From Chrysomallon squamiferum (Eukaryota > Animalia > Mollusca): a stretch of DNA of 64,000 nucleotides. Below the pieces are notes generated by a model. That model did not search any database, was not told the DNA's origin, and saw only the letters and a program-made list of their open reading frames with translations. The position numbers and the translations under genes are program-made. Below are positions 38,875-51,718 of this stretch, piece by piece (position 1 is the first letter of the stretch; every line of letters begins with the position of its first letter). Where the stretch lies: contig CM022665.1 of assembly GCA_012295275.1 (NCBI GenBank), positions 33,170,001-33,234,000 of the forward strand, written 5' to 3'.

Positions 38875-39109
38875 TTTGTTCGAGAGAAATGAAAATATCC
38901 AGAAAATGTTTAAAGGACTAAAAGACTATGATGACAAGCATCGACTGATACATAGCAACACGTTGTTGTCACATGTCAAAATGGTCATGACAACAATAGA
39001 CGAAGCCATTACTAATCTCCATGATGCCGACTACGCCATAGGTTTACTGAAACAGACTGGAGGTCATCATACATCTTTCGATCAGCAGTTTGACCCACAG
39101 CTCTTTTGG
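38875..39109 (+). CDS. Globin exon 2 (CD1 Phe, distal His E7, proximal His F8)
   Basis: LFERNENIQKMFKG...LLSHVKMVMTTIDEAITNLHD...LKQTGGHHTSF...FDPQLFW, GTAATT donor; phase-0 intron at G7.0. Confidence 0.92.
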
Positions 39110-39479
39110 GTAATTCCCGTTAAAATATTTTCAGTTCTACTATTACTAATACAAATAATAATAATAATAATAATAAACAGTAGGGGAAGTGGACCTATAT
39201 TGAACCTTTGGCATTTCTCAGCCTCTGATTGTCTGAAAGGTGTTTTGCCACAACTGTGTGACACCTCAGTCAACATCGTGCATTTTGTGATATTAAAGAT
39301 GAGGAAAAATCCCACGTAGATGGAATTTTCTGCTATCTTTGAAGGTTTGTAGTTCTGGTGGGTATATAGGTGCATATGTAAGATATTACATATTTGTTGG
39401 TTAGGACATAGTCTTTGCATATGAGGACCGAAAAAGTGGAATTTCATGCCGCCTTCCGAAAAATTACATGCAGGTATTT

Positions 39480-39755
39480 TTATGTCCTTATATTGAAGCA
39501 GCGGTCGAAATGTATTTGGCCCTGCAACCCAAATAAGTGGTCTGATGCTGATTATGCAGCTGCAGTGTCCGAACAACAGAACTAGGCCTACTCGTCACAG
39601 AGACATCATAATCGTGGCGACAGCAACCACACCTGACAACCAACCCGAACCTGAACAGCATTGTGCTCCACCGGAATCCGTAAGGTTTCGAACCTGAAAA
39701 TGTAGACTATGAGTCTTTGTCCCAGAGAGAAGAGCACCGTGCGCCACAAGGACCC
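39480..39755 (-). mobile_element. tRNA-derived SINE in globin intron 2
   Basis: Reverse strand has A-box TGGCGCACGG (39746-39737) and B-box GGTTCGAAACC (39694-39684); no cloverleaf is evident. Confidence 0.6.
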
Positions 39756-41394
39756 GACATTAGCACAACTAATCAAACATTCATTCAGGAAAAGATAATA
39801 AACAATTGATTCTTTTTGTTCTGATTTTGTTAAATTTCACACATAATTTTGTAGCAGCTTTTGTATTGCTTAAAATATTTATATTCGATTGATTTTTTGG
39901 CCTTTGTAAATTTGGCTTCTTCATCAATTTCCGTCTTTCCATATATATCCCCGTTAAGTTTGCTTTTCCACTTTAAAATTAAATATTTCTGATAGCAGAG
40001 TTTCCCGAATATATTATTCTTGATCACAGAATTTTCAGGATTTGTTATTTCTTAAAGCAATATTTACCATTTCACATTAGAATTAACTGATCTTCAAATA
40101 TATTTTCCAGAATAACGTTTTATTTAAATTCCATGGTCTTTTACTTATGGACACCATCTGTCGGTCATTACGTTTCTTTTTTTCAGTCAACTAAAACTTT
40201 CAGGTTTAGGATTTAGGGGAAAAAAACTTTCATTCATTTATTAAATAACTGCTCCATTACGACATCACTTCTGTACATTCTTTCTTTACTAGTATGATTA
40301 ATTGTTTGAAGAGTGATGAGATAGGGTGATGATGCTGACGACGATGATTATGGTATTATTATTCTTAGTGTGACAAAGATGGATTCTCTCATCTTTGTTT
40401 TAACTTTAAACCTAGATTTATATGTAACTGTGTTTCAACACATTTTTTTTTTTTTTTTTTTTTTTTTGACTCTATAGTAACGATAGACAATCCTATTAAA
40501 GTAATACTTTTTGTATGATTGAATTGTTTAGTCTCTATATATCAAATAGTGAAAATATAAAGCAACGACAAATGCTACGAGAAATATGTTTTAATAATTA
40601 TAGTAAGTCAATAAACTGCCTTAAAATGCCTATGTAAGTAAATAATTACCTTCTGTTTAACAACTTTTCGAGAAATTATGCAATGGTGAACTCTTAAAGG
40701 TAGTTTTGAAATTTTAGAGTTAAGTTGATTAGCAGCCAAGTTACAGTGAATTTTGTGTAAAAAAAACAATCACAGTTTTAAAATTATCAACCTGGTCTTG
40801 CTTATTTGGCTCTTTGATTCAGCGATTCTCATTAAAGGTCCGCGGGAATGTAATATAGAATTATACGACGGCAAGAAAATCTCTGGTGACCGAACTAAAA
40901 CTAACGATAAGACGATCGACTACTTGCATAAACAGCTTTTCCCTTTGATGTACACCGAGGTCATGGGAGAGGATCTTGAAACTTTGGTCATGCTGTGATA
41001 AGTGTTTGGTAGTGGGATTTGTTAAGATACTAACCACACTTGTTTTAGTATGGTAAAATCTGTGTCATTAACAGCACACCATGCTCAATATAAACATAAC
41101 TTAAAATTTGTATTAACATAATTATGACCCGTTCTGTCTTTAAATAAGATCCAATTCTCAGATTCCGTATAGTAAGTAGGTTTTCTAAAAATCATAGATA
41201 TTATTATTATCCAAAAATGCGTTAATAAATAAGTCAAGCTGTACTCTTTGTTGATGTGTTATTTATGATAATAACTTAATTACGATAATAACTTATTCTC
41301 TCAGTTTCAGTTTACTAATCTCTGTTATTATGCCTCTAAATGCCTGCATTCACTAAACATGGTAACGAGCATCTCAGGCATTGACAGAGTGACA

Positions 41395-41646
41395 GTTAGC
41401 AGCACTAGGAGTATCAGTATAATTAACAGTAGTAATATTAATATTAATTGTAGTTGTAGTTTTAGTAGTAATTGTAGCAGCAAAAGCAGCAGCAGCAGTA
41501 GTAGTAGTCGCAGTAGTAGTAATGGTTGTTGTATCAGCAGAAATGATAGTAATAACAATAGTTGCAATAGAAGTGGTTTTAGTAGTAGTATTAGCATTAA
41601 CAGTAGTAGTATTAGTAATAATAGTAGCAGTAGAAGTAGCAATAAC
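41395..41646. repeat. Degenerate (AGT/AGC/AAT)n low-complexity tract
   Basis: Direct observation; it explains the poly-Leu and poly-Ser ORFs. Confidence 0.9.
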
Positions 41647-41694
41647 TGATATTTACAAATTTTTAGCTAAATTAATTTTTTCTTCCATTTGCAG

Positions 41695-41883
41695 TTGATA
41701 AAAGAACCATTTCTGCTAGCTGTTAAAGAAACACTTGGAGATCGGTTTACTTTCCACATGCAGGGAATTTATGAAAAAACAATCACCTTCCTTCTCCAAA
41801 CGCTGATAGACGGGTTTGGCAAAGTACCTGATAAAAATCAGAATGAAGAAAGCAACTACGACGTTTCTAAGAAACCTGTTTAG
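41695..41883 (+). CDS. Globin exon 3 (helices G-H); full protein 217 aa
   Basis: ttgcag acceptor; LIKEPFLLAVKETLGDRFTFHMQGIYEKTITFLLQTLIDGF...KKPV*. Confidence 0.92.
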   Translation: MIKEPFLLAVKETLGDRFTFHMQGIYEKTITFLLQTLIDGFGKVPDKNQNEESNYDVSKKPV

Positions 41884-42997
41884 GAATATTTTGTTGGTTT
41901 AGGATATATTGTTATTTATTTATTATTCAATGTTGTTGCTGCTGTTCTATTCTTTCTTCTTCTTTCTTTTTTTTTCTTAATAATTTAGAAGCTATAGCAA
42001 GTTTTGTTCGCTTTTTATTGTTCGTTCTTTTCTATTGGTTTTCAGTTATGGTTTTGTTTGTTTGTTTGGTTGCTAGTTTGTTGTTTGCTCTTTCATTTTT
42101 TTTCTTCATTATTATTATTATTTTAACGTTTTTATTATTATTATTTTTTTAAATATTTTTAATGATACATAATGAACCAGTCTTTTCCAAGTTATTTTGA
42201 GCAAGTGGTCAGAAATATTACTTAGCACTTTAATTGCTCGATCTTCTAAAAGAAGCATATATTATCTATAGTGTTGAAGCCATTCATAATTGTATTGTAA
42301 ATGTGTTTCTTTTTCTTTTTTCATATGTATAGATAATTGATTTAAATAAACTTCATGTCACCTATGTCATGAGGATCATTGATGGGTATTTGAATACTGA
42401 ATTCCAGGAACAACTACTATAACGTCAAGTATAACAGAACTCATTTGTATATGACAAATACAAAGACTTTTCTGGCTTTCTAGTTCTTCTCAGACATAAT
42501 GTAAATGTGTATAATTATCTGGATATACATGGGGTTTTATTCAGTAGCACATATAAAAAGTGTATAAACGGACATACTAATAAATAGACAAAAATACAAA
42601 TACATTAAAAATACCAGTCTTTAAAAATAATAAAATATAAAGAATAATGTGTCAAGACAGTGATGACATGTGGGCAATGATAATATCCTTTATTTCACAG
42701 ATACTTTTTTCCTCAGTGAGCGATTTTAGGTCAATGATTTGCTTAGGTTATCAAGAGGCTCTTCACTGTCACACTTTCTTATCAGCAAAGGTTAATTTTT
42801 AAAAATTAAATAAAACAATCGTGTATGTATATGAATATATTTAAACTGTTTGTTCATGACAGTTGTCTTTGAATCACATATAAAACTGAGAATGTTTGTG
42901 AACACTTTCCCACAAAGAACAAAGTCCAGAATAGCAGAGTAAAACCAAACTTGTTTTCTTGTATAATTTGCCATATCATCACCATTGTGTCGATGGA

Positions 42998-43745
42998 GTG
43001 GAGTATGTGGTCAGTGTCTGCCTGTCAGAGTACGTGTGTCTGTTTATCTGTGTGTCCGAAGTTGTCTCTATGTTTCTGAGTGTGTTTGTATGTCTGTTGA
43101 TCTACTGGTCTGAGTATACTTTTGTCTACATGTGTTTCATCTGTGTACGAGTCTCTGCGTGCTATGTTGGTGTGTGGGTGCATGTATTCGTTCGGGGGGG
43201 GCAGTGTATGAATGTTGGTTTGGTGGTCCGAGCTTGTTGTCTGTTGTATGTGCGACATAGCACAACACAAATCGCACTGTGCTGTGCTGATATTGGGTCT
43301 CTATTCTTGTTGTGTTGTGTTGTGTTTCATGTATCGTAGAGTGGAGTATGTGGTCAGTGTATGTTTGTCTGTTTATCTGTGTCCGAAGTTGTCTCTATGT
43401 TTCCGAGTGTTTTTGTATGTCTGTTGATCTACTGGTCTGAGTATATTGTTGTGTGTGTGTTTCGTCTATGTGCGAGTGTCTGCATGTTATGTTTGGTGTG
43501 TGGGTGTATGTATTCGTTCGGGGAGGTGTGTATATGAATGTTGGTTTTTGTGGTCCAAGCTCATTGCGTGTTTTATGTGCGACATAGCACAACACAAATC
43601 GCACTGTGCTGTGCTGTCTTGTGCATCTCTCTGACGTCTGTGCTCTTGCCGTGTAGCTGTTTCCTTTGTGTGTGTGGGTTTGCAATGTTTTATATTGTGT
43701 CTGTATTATTGTTGTGTTGTGATTTGTGTTGGGCCTAATATGTGG
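42998..43745 (+). repeat. TG-rich tandem duplication, unit about 343 bp
   Basis: gtggagtatgtggtcagtgt at 42998 and 43341; gcgacatagcacaacacaaatcgcactgtgctgtgctg occurs in both units. Confidence 0.85.
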
Positions 43746-43749
43746 TGTC

Positions 43750-43900
43750 AACATCTTTGCAAGATGGTTCCTTTCCAGTACTCATCCTGACCATCCTTCC
43801 TTCATCTTGGTGGTCTTCCTGTAGATCACTTCTCTTTTTATCTTCCCAGGTGGTGATATGCAATGTCCATTGGTTATCTACTAATGCATTCTACTGATGT
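43750..43900 (-). mobile_element. RTE-type LINE 3' end fragment
   Basis: Reverse strand reads DNQWTLHITTWE...TGRPPR...DEYWKGTI, resembling the DNRWT...GRP..RW.D C-terminus of RTE ORFs. Confidence 0.5.
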
Positions 43901-44789
43901 ACCAGATCTTATAACCTGTGTGACCTTTGTTTTCTCTCTTATATATTATAGATAGATAGGTAGATACACAAATATTAGAATACAGAGAATAACTGATTAC
44001 TGTCTTTGGATATCACCTTTATCTTGAGAAGGTTAGAATATGGTACCCATGTACACACTCACACAGATATGTAAATAACAAGTATAGGCTATATATTTGA
44101 CAAGAAATTTATGTGGTCATTATTATCATGCCACAATGTGCCATGTACATTGATTGGTAGATATATATATTCTGTAGGAATTATTGCTTCTTTTTCTTAT
44201 TTACCTCTTCCTTCTACATCTTATCACCTTGACATGCATTAGAAAACATATTTTATTTTAGAGTGAACTAACAAGTTCTGATCTGATCCTTCTTAGAAAG
44301 TGAAATTATTATTTCTATATTTTTAAAATTATTATTATTAATATTATTATTGCTGTGTTGTTGATATTAATATTTTTATTAACATTAATATTTCTACTAT
44401 TATTAGTATTGCTGCTACTGCTACAATTACTACTATTATTATTTATTTAAATTTATGAATTCTTTTTATAAACAATCCATAAACATTAAACTATTTTAAT
44501 ATTGTTATGTGTTCATCATCATCATCATCATATCCATCATCTGTATTTAACATTTTTATATTAATATGATGTTAAAAAGTATGTTACAACAAATTCTGTT
44601 ACAATAGGTACTTTTATGATTTTATAATATGTATTTATTGCTTCATTACGTGCAGTAATAAATTTTTAAAGCTATAATTTTTAGTATTGGAAAATATTTA
44701 ATACAGAACTAAGAAAGAGCAAGATTCAACTCCTATACTGTTAGTTAATAAAAGGATAAAGAAATGAGATTTTACACACATTTTTAATC

Positions 44790-45020
44790 TTTTATTCACG
44801 TGGTCATTTGTACATACAGTTAAGGACCATTCAAATAATGAAAAAGAAAATACTCCAACACTTCTTAATTTCAATTATTAGGTTATGTTTGTAAACATCT
44901 TTCAAAGCATACATATCATGCTCTTAGATAAACCAATCATGGGTCCAACTTCTACAAGAAAGGTGTGCTGAAGAGGATGGATCGATCCTAGGATCTATGC
45001 CTCAACCATAATGCTATAGC
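44790..45020 (-). mobile_element. Eroded tRNA-derived SINE
   Basis: gttaaggacca...ggatcgatcctag; the reverse complement gives a GGATCGATCC B-box-like head. Confidence 0.4.
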
Positions 45021-47574
45021 CTAAACATTCATCTATAAAAATATAAATACATAAATGTAACATTTTGTTTTTGATGTAAATGGATATACACAATATGAAG
45101 TAATGTTATTATTCCTCTGTGTTTTAGATTTTAGATTTCATTGTGTTAATTTAGCAGCACTGTTAAACAGATTTGAACATTATTAACAGAAATTGCCCTA
45201 TATAAGTTTTATTTATTTAGTATTTATTTATCATGAAATTCATCAATAAAAAATAACATGAATAACTGAAAATATCGACATATTTTCAGTGTTATAATAA
45301 TTATAATAAATTATTATTTATGGTGAACTGATCATTGATCAGTATAAAGAAGAATAAAATTACATCAGGAGCACTAGTAGTTAATTTAAACAAAAAATTA
45401 AATATATATACATATATATATATAAAGTAAAAAAAAAAATACAAAAAAATACAAAAAATAAATAAAACTCATTCATACATGTATATCATATATATTCCAG
45501 CCCTAAATAGGAGATACCTATATTATCTATTCTTATACTAAAGTAATTTCATCTTGAAACTTATATTACTGTTTACGTTATTGTAATTTAATGAAAGTTC
45601 AGTAATTCAGACATTTCAGTGAAATGATTTTCATTTCTGTTATTATAACCTATTTCAAAATGAAAAGTTATCTAAGCATTAAGCTATCCTTTTAATCACT
45701 AGCTTCAAAAAGAAATGGAACAAAATTCCTTTATAATGTTCCTATCCTAATTTAGCTATTTCACTTTAAATACAAGATAAAATGAACTAGACTTTCATCC
45801 ACTTAAATTAATCAAGAAATGTTTCAAATACTTTCCAAAAGCCTATGATAAAAATATCTGAATACAACAGACAAATCAGAATAAACAAACTGAAATTTAA
45901 TAAATAATTCAACTGAAACTTCCACTTGTAACATTATTCTCTGTTTCCTCCGATTCACAACTGGTTCATCAAAGAAAGTGGTTTGGGCATCAGTTAATCT
46001 ATGGGAAGGTAACTATAAAAAAATGTTTCTGCTAAATGATAAAAATTACATACAGATTCTTTTGTTGTACCATTATGTACATATTTCATTAATAACAGCT
46101 TTAATTTTTATTTTTCCTATTTCAAATGTTCATTTTCCAAATGGATATAAAAATACTATTCAATCGTTTTTTCGACTAATTGATGAATTATTCATTACTA
46201 ACTTGTACACTGTCATGAATATTTACTCAGTTTCCTTTTAGTTCCAATCCTTATGTGATCAGATGTAAGATATAAGAATATACATGCGTGGCTGTGACAT
46301 TGAACAAATATTACTATTAAAAATGGTTCTTGGTTTTCCCATAAAATTTATCATAATGCATCTCATTATTCAGGTCTGTTAAGATGAATGGAACTGTCAA
46401 GGAGTTGTTAATATTAACATACTATTGCTATTGACTTTAGAAAAATATGCAACAACGTGGACAAAATGTTTCATTGGCTTCATAAACATAAAATGGTACA
46501 AAGTAGGCTTTATTGATAGAATATTTAAATAATAAATAAATAATAAAAAATACAAACCAAAGTATGAAAATAAAGAGAAACTTAATTCATGTTATAATTA
46601 TAAAGTGTTGCTTTATATAAAATAAAAAAACGACAAACATCTGAATATATAAACTGAATCTAGCATTGCTAATTAAATATAAACAACAGTATATTATTGT
46701 AAAAGCTGTAAAGACATCAGCTGACCAACTGTTGATCAGAAACTGCAAATAGAAACTATAAATAAATACTGAGCATCTTAAATCAATATTTAAATAAAAT
46801 CCACTTTTTACACACAAAAAAGAAAATATTTTAACCAAGTATTCAATCTGGGAAGTATTTGGGATAAACTAATACATAATATTTCTGTTTTATATTGAAT
46901 TTCTTTAGGAGATAATTTTACAAATGCATTACTTAACTTTGATTTTAAGAAACATTCATATACAATCAGTTAGCAGCTCAAAGGAATACCAAATATCAGT
47001 TTTAACAGAAAATACAGCTTTTAGTAATTTCCATAAGATGAAATCCTTAAAATTTTATTAACTACATTTGATAACATTCTATTTTTGTTATGGTTATTCT
47101 TTAGTAGTGGTAAAACAAAGTGTCAAATCCAGATTCACAGCAACATTTGTTATTTAATACACTTTATACCAATTTCATCCTGAATAATGGTTGTTGCACT
47201 TTATTACTGGAAAATACAAATATAAATTAAAAGAAATAATTTTGGTTATAATAAATAATGTTGTGTCAGTAAAGTCCAAAAATAAGAAAATTCATGATTT
47301 AATTTCACTTTATGTATCGTGAGATTTCAGGAGATGCTGTTTTTTAAAATTGTTTTTAATCTATATTTTAAGGGGTTGGTTAAACTAATAAAGGTCAAGA
47401 GTTATTTTTGAATTTATTTTATAGGTTCTTTTTAATTGACTGGTTATTTAACTGTGGCTGGACACAAGCTCTGGCATATAATTTATTTTGAAATTTACCT
47501 GTAACAATAAATCACAATATATTAAATAATAATAGTGACTTGAATCATTCTTACCAGTTAATACAATGTCAGAT

Positions 47575-47825
47575 TCAACCATGGTAAGGATCACTGTCAT
47601 CAGTGCTGCTGTTAGAAGTATCACCATCTCTGTAACTATCTTCATCTCTAATATCACTCTCAATAACAAGTGGAGGAGGGACAGGTCCTCTTGAGATGAC
47701 AGCTGTGTTATGGCGGCTGGCTCTACCATGGGTTTGACTCCGCCCTCTAACCCGTCTTCTATCTCTTAAACCAGATCTTCCTGGTCTTGATGTTTTATTG
47801 TCTTCATCAAATATAGCCTGCTCCT
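47575..47825 (-). CDS. RNF8: RNF8 exon 7 (Arg-rich then acidic tail, stop at 47577-47575)
   Basis: Phase-1 join gives EEQAIFDEDNKTSRPGRSGLRDRRRVRGRSQ...SSTDDSDPYHG*. Confidence 0.75.
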
Positions 47826-48061
47826 CTTAAAACAAAACAGCAACAAAGACAATAAATTACATAACCACATTTAATGTGTTGATTTTACCAGCTGAGAATA
47901 TGGTAATGTACAAGCTTTACATATCTGCATCAACATTATATCATGACTCAATGCAGACACCATTGTATACAAGGATTGAAAACTATCGTAAGATGAAGTT
48001 GTTATCATTGCAACAACAAAATGCAGTTAAGTTCAAAAGTAACACTGATGATGTAAAACAC

Positions 48062-48303
48062 AAAATATCATAGGTAGCTGTTAAATTATAAATTAATTTT
48101 TAAAATGTTATTTGTATCTCTACAAACATCTGCTATTAATAAAACATGACAATATAATGATACTTCTTATAGATCAGTAGGTAAAATATCATAGGTAGCT
48201 GTTAAATTATAAATTAATTTTTAAAATTTTGTTTGTACCTCTACAAACATCTGCTATTAATAAAACATGACAATATAATGATACTTCTTATAGATCAGTA
48301 GGT
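48062..48303. repeat. 121-bp near-perfect tandem duplication in RNF8 intron 6
   Basis: aaaatatcataggtagctgttaaattat...tagatcagtaggt starts at 48062 and 48183. Confidence 0.9.
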
Positions 48304-48630
48304 ATACAGAAATGGTAAATACAATTATCTGTTCATTATTGCTATGAGAATAAATTACTAATGTCACTGTCATATGTATCAGATATTTTTTTTTTTTTTT
48401 TTTATCTTGGTTTATATGACATGAATCTACACAAAGAGAAAATACTTCATTTTCATTGTACTGCTTTATACTAATCAGGAAATACTGAACTAGAAAGAAG
48501 TAACCCAATCAACGGTGTACACAAAATATTCATATCAAGTACATTTGAAAGACAAAATTTGTTAATTATAACCAAAACAGATGTTAACTAAATATTTTAA
48601 TTTTAGACTGTTATGTACTGCACACCACAC

Positions 48631-48835
48631 CTTTCCTAATCTCAATTAACTCTCTTCGTTTTTCTTTCATCTCACTACTTAGATGTTCTGTCATAGTGTC
48701 AATGTAGCTGTCAAGAACAATTGACCTCATGAATGATGTTACTTTTGATCTGCAGACTGGGCATTCCTTTTTTCTCTTCATCCAGTTGTTAATACACAGT
48801 GCACAGAAAGAATGTGAACAGTTCAGAGATGTTGC
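48631..48835 (-). CDS. RNF8: RNF8 exon 6 (RING C-terminal half)
   Basis: ATSLNCSHSFCALCINNWMKRKKECPVCR...RSIVLDSYIDTMTEHLSSEMKEKRRELIEIRK. Confidence 0.93.
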
Positions 48836-49387
48836 CTACAAATGAAGTATAATTATGTTTACTGTTAATATTGACCAAGTTTGTTGTCTATGCTGTTATA
48901 TATTCTATTTTTAAATATAATGTAAGACATTAATACTTTATTAAACAGATGAGTATATGAAAGAATAAACTAAAAAGAAATAATATACTCACATGAATTC
49001 AAATATACCCACTGACAAAACCATGATATAAATTAAATTAATTTCATTATAAATTATGTAATGATTGATCTTATACAAGTATCTTTTCTAAGAAAGTAAA
49101 AATTGTAAACAATCACTTCCTAGAGAATCTGAGCCTAAAATGTAGATGGAGATTAAAACAGTCAAACCTTTGGCTGGAGTAGCCTTAAATATGTCAGACA
49201 TTGTTATATCCCTCTCTAACATTCATGAAAGCTGTTTTAACCAAATCATATGAGATTGAAAGTAAAAAAGATTTTATTTAATCATGAAGGAAACTGCTTG
49301 CCATGCAACAGGCTACTTTTTTAAAAATTATTAGACCAGGAAAAAATGTTATGACATTTAAAATAAAGTTATCTAGTGTTTGTATAC

Positions 49388-49582
49388 CTGAACAAACAGT
49401 TCATTACAAATACTACACTGCAGCTCTTTTTCCATGAGTTCAGCAAATTTACTCAGGATATCTTCTCGAGCCTGGAGAACACTTTCTTTTTGCTTTTCAC
49501 TTTCAGCCTTGGTGTCTCTGAGCTGATTTTCTAATGCTTTCTGTTCCAATTCCTTCTTTACAATAACCTTCTCAAGCTGCTC
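49388..49582 (-). CDS. RNF8: RNF8 exon 5 (coiled coil into RING)
   Basis: EQLEKV...AREDILSKFAELMEKELQCSICNELFVQ, GTATAC donor. Confidence 0.93.
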
Positions 49583-49839
49583 CTGTATATAATCAAATAT
49601 TTTCATGGTTAGTAAAAACAAACTTATATGAAAACATAGATCTTTTGTTTATTTAACAAATTTTAAGCTATATTTCACTGGTTCTAATGTCTAAAAAATT
49701 AATTTCCCTTGATTTCAAACTGAATATAAGCAAGTTATATAATGTAACTGTTGCATTTTGTATGCAGTTTATTCCTAAAGATACAAAAAAATTAAAAAGT
49801 GTTTATCTTGACTGCTATAAAAAGGAATATCAATATTAC

Positions 49840-50061
49840 TTTTTGGTATAACAGTTCACTTTCCAATAATTTATCTTTTTCTTCTAGTGCTTTTGTCTTT
49901 TCATTCTGCAGCCTCTCTTCCACCTGCTGTTTTTCTGAAAGAAGTGATTCCCGCTGAATTTTCAAATAATTCATTAACTCGTTCTCACGATGTTTTAACT
50001 GCTTCTCCAGTTCTTCACGAATTAACTTTTCTGTTTCTCCTTTCTCTTTTAATAAAGCTTC
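49840..50061 (-). CDS. RNF8: RNF8 exon 4 (coiled coil)
   Basis: ttttag acceptor, EALLKEKGETEKLIREELEKQ...ESELLYQK, GTAATA donor; 74 codons. Confidence 0.88.
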
Positions 50062-50714
50062 CTAAAATTTGTTGAAATTATGAACTTCTGTAATGTGCAA
50101 TACATGTCTCACCACACAAATAGTAGGGGTATAATGACAGATTTAACTATCAATGGACTGTTAATGTTAATGACTTGATAGCAATACATTGATAGAAAAT
50201 GGTATTATTTTTGGTGATAGTTTTGATATTTTAAATAATTTAAAGCAGTCAATCAATACAAACAGAAGTGAACAAAAATAGAAAACAAACAATAACAACA
50301 ACAATAGTAATAATGAAATATCGATTTCCTTTAATATCAGAACACAGCTTTATGTCACTTTTGTTTAATTTTGTTTGACCATGGCAGTATCAGTTGCAGA
50401 ACCACATCATGAAGATTAAAGTTAATTAAACACTCTTCATTAAGAGTGTTAAACCAAAGTGACAAAATAAATAGCTTGATTATTTATTTTAATATTTTTC
50501 ATTTCATTTGTTAGAAACATGCTTATAATCCTATAGTTTCATAGATAAAATAAAGTTTTTTTGTTAACTCCTAAAAGTAATAATAATGCACAAAATGTCC
50601 TGAGCAAGTATGCAGAAGGGTCATATATATTTTAATTAAATATAAATTTATTAAATACTTTATATTCAGATATAAAACAGTTACATTTTTTAAGCACATT
50701 ATAATATAACTAAC

Positions 50715-51299
50715 CTGTTTCCTTATCATTTCCTCTTTCAACTTTTCTTCCTGCTTCTTCAGTTCACTTAAAACTGCAGCCTGAGCTTCTCGTTCCTGTT
50801 TCTCCTTATTTAATTCCTTCAGCATTTGTATCTGTTCCTCTTCTTTTTTCTTTAACTCTTCTTGCATCTCTAACATCTGCTCCTGAATTTTTCTCATTTC
50901 TTCAGCATGTTGTTCTCCATTCTCCTTCACCTGGTCTTTATATTTCTTGTATGGGGATTTTCCATCCACACAATCACGTGAATGTTCTGGGTTTTTATTA
51001 ATACAGTTCTTTATTGTTTGTAAACTAGGAATTTGACATTTAAGTTCTGACTGTGTAGATTTGTTTTCATTTTCACCATCAGGGTACTGTGATTTCAACT
51101 GTTTTGAATTAGGTTCCCATTCATTTGATAATTTTCTTTTCTTGCGTTTCACTTTTACTGATGGATAAAATATGTAAACAAATTCCGGTACTTTTGATGG
51201 GGAGGTGGATGTACCTAGTTGTACCATGTCACCCTCTGAAAGTTTTCGACATTCCTGAGAGATCAGTTTTACACCATTTACAAAAACACCATTTAAACT
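50715..51299 (-). CDS. RNF8: RNF8 exon 3 (FHA C-terminal half, NLS-like KVKRKKRK, coiled coil)
   Basis: SLNGVFVNGVKL...LSEGDMVQLG; 195 codons, phase 0-0. Confidence 0.92.
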
Positions 51300-51718
51300 C
51301 TGTAAAATTAAAAAGTATATATTTAAACAAAAATACAGACTGTTACACCACATGCAAATACCTTTTTAAATGTTTTAGGTCTGTAACTACAAACAGATGT
51401 AAAACATTAAAATACTTAATTTTTTTTTCTTTTATCCTTAATCAGTTAATGGATCATAAATGACTGAGATTTTACAAAACAAAGAAAAATGGACAACATA
51501 ACAAATCCTACTACAATTACCTTCAAGTTCAAACTTAAAAATGCAGTGGTATATTTCTCATATATACAACAGCCAAAACATTCGTGACTGTACTAACAAA
51601 TTAATATGCTTGAAATTTGACACAAATATCATCAGCATGAACTTTACTGGTAACAGATAAATCTCAAAATATTTTTAGTGCTAATTATATAAATGATACA
51701 CTATTGTTCTAAATTAAC

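Noticed and set aside
38735-39319. 194-aa ORF as a standalone globin with a hydrophobic N-terminus
   Set aside because: Only 38875-39109 is exonic; the flanks are intron read-through.
39684-39755. tRNA gene
   Set aside because: A and B boxes are present but there is no acceptor stem or cloverleaf; treated as a SINE head.
41328-41649. Poly-Leu and poly-Ser ORFs
   Set aside because: Trinucleotide low-complexity tract in globin intron 2; it does not fit the globin exon structure.
42959-43754. Cys/Val-rich and Thr/His-rich ORFs
   Set aside because: Compositional artefacts of the TG-rich tandem repeat.
47569-47577. Selenocysteine or readthrough recoding of the tandem TGA codons after RNF8
   Set aside because: The TGAs fall at expected Gly positions rather than Cys, the frame at the donor is disrupted, and I see no SECIS; decay is the simpler explanation.
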